Part shown: piece by piece, positions 54,477 to 62,347 of the stretch
Position numbering within the stretch: position 1 is the first letter of the stretch
Layout: every line of letters begins with the position of its first letter
DNA from: an uncultured Acidobacteriaceae bacterium
GTDB lineage: Bacteria > Acidobacteriota > Terriglobia > Terriglobales > Acidobacteriaceae
Assembly (NCBI GenBank): GCA_963837665.1
Contig: CAWIOA010000009.1
Coordinates: forward strand, 285,661 to 349,660
Direction of reading: 5' to 3'
DNA length: 64,000 nucleotides
Notes under the pieces: generated by a model
What the model saw: the letters and a program-made list of their open reading frames with translations, nothing else
Databases searched by the model: none
What the model was told of the DNA's origin: nothing
Translations under genes and position numbers: made by a program

Positions 54477-55286
54477 GTGGCGCTGCTTGAAGTCCGCAAC
54501 CTGACCAGGATTTTCGATCTTGCCGAATCCCCGTTCGGCAGCCGCAGCTTGGGCCAAGTCCGCGCGGTGGACGACGTCTCCCTCGACATTCACCAAGGCG
54601 AAACGCTCGGGCTGGTTGGCGAATCGGGCTCGGGCAAGAGCACGCTTGGGCGGCTAGTTCTCCGCCTCATAGAGCCGACAGCGGGCGCCATCCTCTTCGG
54701 CGGTGTCGATCTGCTGAAGGCCAAAAGCTCCGAACTACGGCGTCTTCGCCGCGACATGCAGATCATTTTCCAGGACCCGTTCGGTTCGCTCGATCCGCGC
54801 TACCGTGTGGAGGACGTGATCGCCGAGCCGCTGATTCTTCATCGAGAGATGATCGGCGAAAGCCTCGGCCGCGATGCCCGCCGCCAGCGCGTGCGGGAGC
54901 TCTTGCGTGCGGTGGGAATGGATGAATCCGCCATGCCCCGTTACCCGCACGAGTTTTCTGGAGGGCAACGGCAGCGGATCGGGATTGCCCGCGCTCTGGC
55001 CCTGCGGCCGAAGTTCATCGTTGCCGACGAACCGGTTTCCGCTCTCGATGTCAGCGTCGGGGCGCAGATCGTGAATCTTCTGCAGCAACTGCAGCGCGAT
55101 TTCGGCCTGACCTATTTGTTTATTTCGCACTCCATGCCGGTCGTTCGCTACCTCTCCAGCCGCATTGCGGTGATGTATGGGGGAAAGATCGTTGAGATCG
55201 GAAGCACGGAGCAGATTACTGCTCAGCCGCAGCACGCTTACACGCGCAAGCTGCTGGCAGCGACGCCGGAAATGGCGGCGTCGTAG
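54477..55286 (+). CDS. ABC transporter ATP-binding protein, oligopeptide/dipeptide (OppF/DppF) type
   Basis: GTG start at 54477 (LLEVRNLT). Walker [11 protein letters not shown]-loop, signature SGGQRQR, Walker [13 protein letters not shown], and a C-terminal oligopeptide-type extension. Confidence 0.88.
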   Translation: MALLEVRNLTRIFDLAESPFGSRSLGQVRAVDDVSLDIHQGETLGLVGESGSGKSTLGRLVLRLIEPTAGAILFGGVDLLKAKSSELRRLRRDMQIIFQDPFGSLDPRYRVEDVIAEPLILHREMIGESLGRDARRQRVRELLRAVGMDESAMPRYPHEFSGGQRQRIGIARALALRPKFIVADEPVSALDVSVGAQIVNLLQQLQRDFGLTYLFISHSMPVVRYLSSRIAVMYGGKIVEIGSTEQITAQPQHAYTRKLLAATPEMAAS

Positions 55287-55355
55287 CGTTCCATCGCTTG
55301 CGGTTGTCATTACGCAGCAAGGAAACTACAATCTCCTCCTGTTCGGGGAGAAAAT

Positions 55356-56126
55356 ATGGCGACCCAACCCACCGCACCACAGCAGGCGCAACAGCCCGCG
55401 CCGGAACCGGCGCCGCTGTCTGAAGGACAGCGCCTCATCAACACTTTTTTTGCCCCCAGCAGGGTCTTCACCGATCTCCGAAGGAGCGCCAGTTGGTGGG
55501 CGCCTTTTCTGATCATTGCTGTCGTTTCGCTGCTGTTCATTTATGTCGTTGATCAGAAGGTCGGTTTCGCCAAGGTGGTTGAGAATCAGATTCAGTTGCA
55601 ACCGAAGCAGGCCGAACGCCTGGACCGCTTGCCGGCCGATCAACGTCAAAGGGTCATGCAACAGCAGGTCACGGTTACCAGAATCATCTCCTACGCGGTT
55701 CCCGTTATTGCGCTCGGCATCTATGCCGTCTTCGCCGCCGTTTTGTTTGCGACCCTCAAATTTGTCGCGAGCTCCGACCTGAAATACAGGACCCTGTTTG
55801 CCCTGATCGTCTATACCCGACTGCCATTGCTGCTGTCGACGCTATTGGCAATTGTGTCGCTTCTGGCGGGAGTCAGCGGCGATGGATTCAACATTCAGAA
55901 CCCTGCGGCTACCAATCCGGGATATTTCATCGACCCGGAGGGCTCGGCGGTGCTCCGCGCCTTGCTGACACCGTTGGATGTCTTCTCTATCTGGAGTTTG
56001 ATCTTGACCGCCATCGGCATCACTTGCATCAGCAAGGTCAAACGGAGCGCCGCGTTCGCTGTAGTCTTCGGATGGTTCGCCGTGGTGGTGCTGGCCAGGG
56101 TTGCCATTGCCGCGGCAACTTCCTGA
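55356..56126 (+). CDS. Multi-pass membrane protein, Yip1-domain-like
   Basis: Pro/Gln-rich N-terminus, INTFFAPSRVF motif, and five hydrophobic helices. Family assignment is from memory of Yip1-type architecture only. Confidence 0.5.
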   Translation: MATQPTAPQQAQQPAPEPAPLSEGQRLINTFFAPSRVFTDLRRSASWWAPFLIIAVVSLLFIYVVDQKVGFAKVVENQIQLQPKQAERLDRLPADQRQRVMQQQVTVTRIISYAVPVIALGIYAVFAAVLFATLKFVASSDLKYRTLFALIVYTRLPLLLSTLLAIVSLLAGVSGDGFNIQNPAATNPGYFIDPEGSAVLRALLTPLDVFSIWSLILTAIGITCISKVKRSAAFAVVFGWFAVVVLARVAIAAATS

Positions 56127-56153
56127 AGTTCGTCACAGAAGCGAATAAGAGAG

Positions 56154-57314
56154 ATGCATACCGCGGACGTTGTTCTCATCGGCGGAGGGATTGTCGGCTC
56201 CAGCATCGCCTACCACCTTGTTGCTGCTGGTTGCAAGAACGTTCTCGTAGTTGAGCGCGAGACCGCGCAGGGCAAGGGATCCACGGGCAAAAGCATGGGC
56301 GGCGTGCGGGCGCAGTTTTCTACGCCGGTCAACATCCAGATGTCGCTCTATTCGATCCCGTTCTATGCGAGCTTCGAGGAGCGGTTGGGCTATCCGTGTG
56401 ACTACCGGCCCCAGGGGTACCTTTTTTGCGCGACCAGCGAAAAGCATCTGGCCTACCTGCGCGCCAACTACGAAAAGCAGGTTGCCATGGGACTGAAGAA
56501 CGTGCGCCTGGTCGCCGGCGACGAAATCCGCAGCCAGTTCCCGCAACTCCGCGGCGATGACATCGTTGGCGGCAGCTTTTGCTCCACCGACGGCTTTGTC
56601 GATCCCAACAGCGCTATGGTCGGCTTCATGACCTGGGCTAGCGATCACGGAGCTACGCTCTGGAAGAACGCCCGCGTCACTGGAATCACTCGCAACATCG
56701 GCGATGGTAGCTTGGAAGTCGCGACCACGCGCGACACGATCTCGACGCGCACGATCGTCAATTGTGCCGGAGCCTGGGCGGCTTCGATTGCCAGTATGGT
56801 TGGCATCGACCTGCCGGTCGAACCTTTACGCCGCATGCTGGTTCCGACCGAACCGTTCGACCAATTTCCGCATACTGCGCCCATGATCGTCGACATGTCG
56901 AACGGCTTCCACTTTCGTCCCGAGAGCCGCGGATTCCTGCTGGCGTGGAACGATTTGGAAGAAACGCCCGGTTACAAAACCGATTTCGACGTAAGTTTCA
57001 TCGAGAAGATTCTGACCCGCGCTGCGGATCGCGTGCCCGTCTTCGAGAATGTGGAGGTCAATCCCCAGCGAGCCTGGGCCGGCCTCTATGAAATGACGCC
57101 CGACCATCATCCAATTCTCGGCGAATCTCCGGAAGTCTCCGGCTTTTTCTTCGCCAACGGCTTCAGCGGACACGGGGTGATGCACTCGCCCGCGACAGGG
57201 AAAATTCTCAGCGACCTGATTCTGGCCGGGGAAACAGATTTGATTGACTCGTCTTTGCTGAACTTCTCGCGATTTGCGGAGGGACGGATGATTCACGAGA
57301 CGGCGGTGCTGTAG
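56154..57314 (+). CDS. FAD-dependent oxidoreductase (DAO / sarcosine-oxidase-beta-like)
   Basis: ADVVLIGGGIVGSSIAYHL dinucleotide-binding motif and C-terminal GFSGHGVMHSPATG. Confidence 0.8.
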   Translation: MHTADVVLIGGGIVGSSIAYHLVAAGCKNVLVVERETAQGKGSTGKSMGGVRAQFSTPVNIQMSLYSIPFYASFEERLGYPCDYRPQGYLFCATSEKHLAYLRANYEKQVAMGLKNVRLVAGDEIRSQFPQLRGDDIVGGSFCSTDGFVDPNSAMVGFMTWASDHGATLWKNARVTGITRNIGDGSLEVATTRDTISTRTIVNCAGAWAASIASMVGIDLPVEPLRRMLVPTEPFDQFPHTAPMIVDMSNGFHFRPESRGFLLAWNDLEETPGYKTDFDVSFIEKILTRAADRVPVFENVEVNPQRAWAGLYEMTPDHHPILGESPEVSGFFFANGFSGHGVMHSPATGKILSDLILAGETDLIDSSLLNFSRFAEGRMIHETAVL

Positions 57315-57321
57315 TTTGGTT

Positions 57322-57396
57322 TTCCTTCGTGTACCTTGGTGTCCTTGGTGGTTGCGGAAAACCCCATAACCACCAAGGACACTAAGGAACACGAAG
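57322..57396. repeat. Periodic-arm hairpin element (CCTTGGTG-type units)
   Basis: Left arm 57322-57353 ttccttcgtgtaccttggtgtccttggtggtt. Right arm 57368-57396 aaccaccaaggacactaaggaacacgaag. A tttggttttcc core at 57315-57325 precedes it. Confidence 0.8.
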
Positions 57397-57417
57397 AGAG
57401 ACAATCAAGAAAATCGC

Positions 57418-58710
57418 ATGCCCAAGGAACTCAACTACTGGCTTACCACCGTTCAGATGCCGGTCGCTCCGGCACCGCGATTGCCGGAGAGCGCTGACGT
57501 CGCCATCATTGGAGCCGGATACACCGGCCTGGCCGCCGCCCTCTCGCTGGCCAAACGCGGCGCGAAGGTGGTTGTGCTGGAATCGGAAACCATTGGCTGG
57601 GGCGCGAGCTCCCGCAACGGCGGCATGGTGCTTACCGGAATGAAGCTTGGCGTCAACAAGCTCATCTCCATGTATGGACGCGAGCTAACGCGCCGCATGT
57701 ACGCGGCGTCGCTCGAGACTATCGGCTCAGTCGAGCGCATCGTGAACGAGGAAAGCATCGCCTGCGACTTCGCCCGCACCGGACACCTTGAAGTCGCCTG
57801 CAAACAGGCGCATTTCGATGACTACACCCGCCAGGTGGAAGTGATCGCACGTGAATTCAACCACCAGTTGCGCGTCGTGCCCCGGGACCAGCTGCGCGGG
57901 GAAGTCGGTTCGAACATTTATTACGGCGGCATGGTCGATGAAATCTCGGTTGGTCTGAATCCCGCGCGCTACGTTGCCGGACTCGGGGCCGCGGCCATGC
58001 GCGCCGGCGCTCAGATCTGCGAACGCACGCGACTGCAGAACATCCAACGCGAATCGCGTGACAGTGCGCCCGGGTTCAGGCTCAACACTTCACGCGGCAG
58101 TTTCCGGGCGCGCAACGTGCTGGTCGGAACCAGTGGCTACACGGGCGTGGCCACTCCGGCGCTGCGGAAGAAGATCATTCCCATCGGGTCGTTTATTATT
58201 ACGACCGAAGTTCTTCCCGAAGCGCTGGCCCGCGAACTGAGCCCTCGCAACCGTCAGATCTACGATTCCAAGAACTATCTTTATTACTACCGCCTTACCC
58301 CCGACAACCGCATGTTGTTCGGCGGCCGTGCCGCCTTCTTTCCGGAGACCGATCAGACCATCCGCAAGAGCGCGGAGATTCTGCGCCTGGGCATGATTGA
58401 CGTTTATCCGCAGCTGCGCGATACCAAAGTCGAATACGTGTGGGGCGGTACGCTTGATTTCTGCTTCGACATCATGCCGCACGCCGGCCAGATCGACGGC
58501 GTCTATTTCGCCCTTGGATATGCCGGGCACGGCGTTGCCATGGCTACCTACCAAGGCCAGAAAGTGGCGGAGTGGATCGCGGAAGGGAAGACCGACAACC
58601 CTTTTACGGAGATCCCTTTCCCCGGCGCGCCGCTCGGGCTATACAACGGCAAGCCGTGGTTTTTGCCGTTCGCGGGGGCGTATTACAAAATTTTAGACTG
58701 GGTGTCATAG
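57418..58710 (+). CDS. FAD-dependent oxidoreductase (DAO family, gamma-glutamylputrescine-oxidase-like)
   Basis: ADVAIIGAGYTGLAAALSLAKRGAKVVVLE Rossmann motif and C-terminal LGYAGHGVAMA. Confidence 0.8.
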   Translation: MPKELNYWLTTVQMPVAPAPRLPESADVAIIGAGYTGLAAALSLAKRGAKVVVLESETIGWGASSRNGGMVLTGMKLGVNKLISMYGRELTRRMYAASLETIGSVERIVNEESIACDFARTGHLEVACKQAHFDDYTRQVEVIAREFNHQLRVVPRDQLRGEVGSNIYYGGMVDEISVGLNPARYVAGLGAAAMRAGAQICERTRLQNIQRESRDSAPGFRLNTSRGSFRARNVLVGTSGYTGVATPALRKKIIPIGSFIITTEVLPEALARELSPRNRQIYDSKNYLYYYRLTPDNRMLFGGRAAFFPETDQTIRKSAEILRLGMIDVYPQLRDTKVEYVWGGTLDFCFDIMPHAGQIDGVYFALGYAGHGVAMATYQGQKVAEWIAEGKTDNPFTEIPFPGAPLGLYNGKPWFLPFAGAYYKILDWVS

Positions 58711-58712
58711 AA

Positions 58713-58800
58713 GCAGGTGTCAGGTCTCAGGTGTCAGGAAAGACCTGAGCCGCCTTTGGTTTTCCTGAGACCTGAGACCTGACACCTGACACCTAAGACC
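58713..58800. repeat. Periodic-arm hairpin element (GGTGTCA/GGTCTCA-type units)
   Basis: gcaggtgtcaggtctcaggtgtcagg ... cctttggttttcc tgagacctgagacctgacacctgacacctaagacc. Confidence 0.8.
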
Positions 58801-58814
58801 TTTTCGGAGGACTC

Positions 58815-59207
58815 ATGTCCATCTTTGGCCTTATCGAATACGCCGACGCCAGCCCTGAAGTCCGTGCCATCTACGACGACATCATGGCCACGCGTAAGAC
58901 CGACTGGATCAACAATTTCTGGAAGGCGATTGCGCACGATCCGGTGATGCTCAAGCGGACTTGGCAAGACATCAAGCAGATCATGGCTCCCGGAACGCTC
59001 GACCCGCTAACCAAAGAAATGATTTACGTTGCCGTCTCGGTCACAAACCAGTGCGAATACTGCATCGCTTCGCATACTGCCTCGGCGAAGAGCAAGGGCA
59101 TGTCCGACGCTCAGTTCAAAGAGTTGATGTCGGTAGTCGGGATGGCGAACGAGACCAATCGCCTGGTTGCGGGATACCGGGTGGAAGTCGACGAGCGGCT
59201 TAAGTGA
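58815..59207 (+). CDS. Carboxymuconolactone decarboxylase (AhpD-like) family protein
   Basis: 130 aa. TKEMIYVAVSVTNQCEYCIASHT, the CxxC-containing AhpD-fold motif. Confidence 0.75.
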   Translation: MSIFGLIEYADASPEVRAIYDDIMATRKTDWINNFWKAIAHDPVMLKRTWQDIKQIMAPGTLDPLTKEMIYVAVSVTNQCEYCIASHTASAKSKGMSDAQFKELMSVVGMANETNRLVAGYRVEVDERLK

Positions 59208-59208
59208 C

Positions 59209-59291
59209 GCAGGTCTTAGGTGTCAGGTCTTAGGTCTCAGGGAAACCAAAGGTGGGCTAACTTCGTCCCTAAAACCTGATACCTTCTCCTG
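59209..59291. repeat. Periodic-arm hairpin element, inverted copy of the 58713-58800 element
   Basis: gcaggtcttaggtgtcaggtcttaggtctcagg gaaaccaaaggtgggc. Its reverse complement aligns with 58750-58800. The partner arm ccctaaaacctgatacct is degenerate. Confidence 0.7.
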
Positions 59292-59418
59292 TTGATAACG
59301 CACTTCTTGCGAAGTTTTATAATCTTTTTGTGGGGAACGAGACTCGAATCATCAGACGTAGATCAAGAATCAAAACGTCGGGCGCAAATTACTGAGTGCG
59401 CTTGAAAGAAGGGAAAGC

Positions 59419-60864
59419 ATGGCCGAAATGACGGCGACTCCAGTTGCAACCCACGGTTTCTTCCTGGATGGGAAGTGGCTGGAGGAGGGTGACATCGTCG
59501 ATGTGCGGTCGCCTTACGACGGCACCCTCATCGCGCATGTCCACCAGGGACGCCGCGAACACGCGGAGGCCGCGATTACGGCCGCGGTCAAGGCTTTTGG
59601 AACGACCCGCCGGCTGCCCGCTTTCGAGCGCCAGCGGGTTCTGCGCCAGATCGCGACCGGCATTCACGATCGCAAGGAAGAATTTTCACGCACCATTGCG
59701 CTGGAAGCGGGCAAGCCCATCAAGAGCGCTCGCACCGAGGTTGACCGCGCCGTCTTTACATTCAACATCGCCGCCGAGGAGACGGTACGCGGCTACGGCG
59801 AGTATTTGCCGCTGGATTGGCAGCAGTCGACCGCCGGGCGCTGGGGGATCGTCAAACGTTTTCCTTTGGGTCCGGTTGCCGGAATCACACCCTTCAATTT
59901 TCCCTTAAACCTGGTTGCGCACAAAGTTGCTCCGGCCATTGCCGCCGGATGTTCCATGGTGCTCAAGCCTGCGCCCGAGACGCCGCTCACCTCGCTGCTG
60001 CTGGCGGAAGTGATCCAGCAAGCGGGATGGCCCGACGGCGGATTCAACGCGATTCTGCTCTCAAACGAAGATTCGGGCCTGCTGGTCACTGATGAACGCA
60101 TCAAGCTCATCAGCTTCACAGGTAGCGCGGCCGTGGGCTGGGCCATCAAGAACAACGCGGGAAAGAAAAAAGTCGTTCTCGAACTGGGAGGGAATTCGGG
60201 CGTTATCGTCCACAGCGATACCGATCTCGCATACGCTGCCGACCGCTGTGTTACCGGAGGCTTTGCTTACGCTGGGCAGTCGTGCATTTCGGTACAGCGC
60301 ATTCTGGTGGAGCACTCGGTTTACGGGAGATTCACTGAGCTGTTCCTGGAGGGGGTCCGCAAACTGAAATTTGGAGACCCGCTTGACGAGTCCAGCGACC
60401 TTGGCCCGCTGATCCGCGAAAGCGACGCCATCCGCGCTGCCGACTGGGTGCAGGAGGCGGTGCGCGGCGGTGCGCGACTGCTCTGCGGCGGCAACCGCAA
60501 AGGCTCACTATTCGAGCCTACCGTGCTGACCGGCACCAAGCCGAGCATGAAGGTGAACTGCCAGGAGATTTTTGCGCCGGTTGTGACCGTCGAGCCCTAT
60601 AACGATTTTGCTTCCGCGCTGAAACAGGTCAATAGCTCCGCCTATGGACTGCAGGCCGGACTTTTTACCCGCGACGCCAAACTCATCTTTCAGGCCTACG
60701 ACGAACTCGAGGTGGGCGGTTTGATTGCCGGCGACGTTCCCAGCTTTCGCATCGACCACATGCCCTATGGCGGCATCAAGGACTCCGGACTGGGCCGCGA
60801 GGGCCTGCGCGACGCGATTCAGGAGATGACGGAACCAAAACTGCTGGTCATGAATCTGCGATGA
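59419..60864 (+). CDS. NAD(P)-dependent aldehyde dehydrogenase family protein
   Basis: 481 aa. ITPFNFPLNL, FTGSAAVG, ELGGNSG (catalytic Glu), AGQSCISVQR (catalytic Cys), PYGGIKDSGLGREG. Confidence 0.9.
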   Translation: MAEMTATPVATHGFFLDGKWLEEGDIVDVRSPYDGTLIAHVHQGRREHAEAAITAAVKAFGTTRRLPAFERQRVLRQIATGIHDRKEEFSRTIALEAGKPIKSARTEVDRAVFTFNIAAEETVRGYGEYLPLDWQQSTAGRWGIVKRFPLGPVAGITPFNFPLNLVAHKVAPAIAAGCSMVLKPAPETPLTSLLLAEVIQQAGWPDGGFNAILLSNEDSGLLVTDERIKLISFTGSAAVGWAIKNNAGKKKVVLELGGNSGVIVHSDTDLAYAADRCVTGGFAYAGQSCISVQRILVEHSVYGRFTELFLEGVRKLKFGDPLDESSDLGPLIRESDAIRAADWVQEAVRGGARLLCGGNRKGSLFEPTVLTGTKPSMKVNCQEIFAPVVTVEPYNDFASALKQVNSSAYGLQAGLFTRDAKLIFQAYDELEVGGLIAGDVPSFRIDHMPYGGIKDSGLGREGLRDAIQEMTEPKLLVMNLR

Positions 60865-61340
60865 GAAAGGCCAGCTTGTTCTGCGCGTTTCTGCTATTTA
60901 CCGTAAGTGCTCCTGCTGAAACGGGTACGCTGCTCACGCTGGCAACATCCAGAATGCCAACCGGGACTGCTTTCAGGATCAGAGGCAACGGCTCGGACAT
61001 AATCTATACCGGAACACTGGTTACGCACCCGGCGAAAAACTTCTTCCGGCGCGGATCGCTGGCGTTCAAATTCGATCAGGCGCACACCACTTCCTTGAAC
61101 AATGGTCCTGAGGGCGTGTTCAAGAAAGGCCGGAAGAAACAGGTACTTGTCCTTGGCGCATCGAGTCTCGCCGCCAAAGTGGCAGACGATTCAGTGGATG
61201 GCACTATAGGAGCGGGAAGGGCGCGCTACGTCGGAGCGGCGGCAGCACTGGCGGTGATGCTGTTTACGAACGGTGGAGACGTTAAACTCAAACCCGGATT
61301 TCAGGTGGAAATCGATTCGACAAGTTGGGCAACGAAATGA
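60861..61340 (+). CDS. Hypothetical secreted protein
   Basis: 159 aa. Signal peptide MRKASLFCAFLLFTVSAPA. The ATG overlaps the ALDH stop (ATGA), suggesting co-translation. No family recognised. Confidence 0.45.
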   Translation: MRKASLFCAFLLFTVSAPAETGTLLTLATSRMPTGTAFRIRGNGSDIIYTGTLVTHPAKNFFRRGSLAFKFDQAHTTSLNNGPEGVFKKGRKKQVLVLGASSLAAKVADDSVDGTIGAGRARYVGAAAALAVMLFTNGGDVKLKPGFQVEIDSTSWATK

Positions 61341-61587
61341 TGGGACGACGGTTACCAAGGGAAAAATGCTTGCAGCTTCCGCAAAATCCAAGTTTCCGAA
61401 GGGGATCTTATATTTTCAAACCGGGGCAAAGAAAAAGATGCGGGAAGCTCTTCCATTTTGCTCTTTAGCTGGTATACTCGCTTGTTTCAGTATCGTGCAT
61501 CACAGCACTACGTGACGTAGGTCATACGAGTGCGGGTCGGCCGGAACTGGCGCGAGCGAATTTCGCAACACCAAAAACTCACAATCA

Positions 61588-62295
61588 ATGCAGATCTTTC
61601 CACGCAGCAGCAATGCAATTGCCCGGGCCTCTATGGTCCTGACTGTTATTGCCGCGGCCGGGCTCTTTTGGGTCCTGGTGCAACTGGAGCGTTCTCCCTA
61701 CATCACCCTCGCCGGAGTCAGAAAGTCGCAGCCTGTCCCGTTCAGCCATCAGCACCACGTAACCGGGCTGGGTATCGACTGCCGCTACTGTCACACCTCG
61801 GTGGAGCAATCGAGTTTTGCCGGCATTCCTCCGACCAAGACCTGCATGAACTGCCACGCCCAGATTTGGACAAATGCGGCCTATCTGGAGCCCGTCCGCG
61901 AAAGTTTCCGCAGCGGACGGTCGCTGGAATGGACGCGCGTGAATCAGTTGCCCAACTACGTCTATTTCAATCACAGCATTCACATTAATAAGGGTGTGGG
62001 CTGCAATACCTGCCACGGTCCCGTGGACCAGATGCCGCTGATGTATCAGTACGCGTCGCTGCAGATGGAGTTCTGCCTCGACTGCCACCGCGCCCCGGAA
62101 AGGTATCTGCGCCCGCGCGAACAAGTGTTCAACATGCGCTATGAGCCTCCGGTCAACAATCCGCTGGGCAAGAATGAAGTGGTTTTTAGCGGTAAGGCGT
62201 ACACCGACCAGATCGCGCTTGGCGATGCCCTGAAGGAGGCATACAAGGTGCGCTCGGTCCACGACATTACCAGTTGCAACACCTGCCATCGGTAA
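61588..62295 (+). CDS. actA: Pentaheme cytochrome c, alternative complex III subunit ActA-like
   Basis: N-terminal TM anchor and five CxxCH motifs (CRYCH, CMNCH, CNTCH, CLDCH, CNTCH). Immediately followed by an ActB-like gene. Confidence 0.75.
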   Translation: MQIFPRSSNAIARASMVLTVIAAAGLFWVLVQLERSPYITLAGVRKSQPVPFSHQHHVTGLGIDCRYCHTSVEQSSFAGIPPTKTCMNCHAQIWTNAAYLEPVRESFRSGRSLEWTRVNQLPNYVYFNHSIHINKGVGCNTCHGPVDQMPLMYQYASLQMEFCLDCHRAPERYLRPREQVFNMRYEPPVNNPLGKNEVVFSGKAYTDQIALGDALKEAYKVRSVHDITSCNTCHR

Positions 62296-62347
62296 GGGTG
62301 GGATTTTGCTGAGAGCTGATAGCTGACAGCTGAGAGCCGATTCAAAG

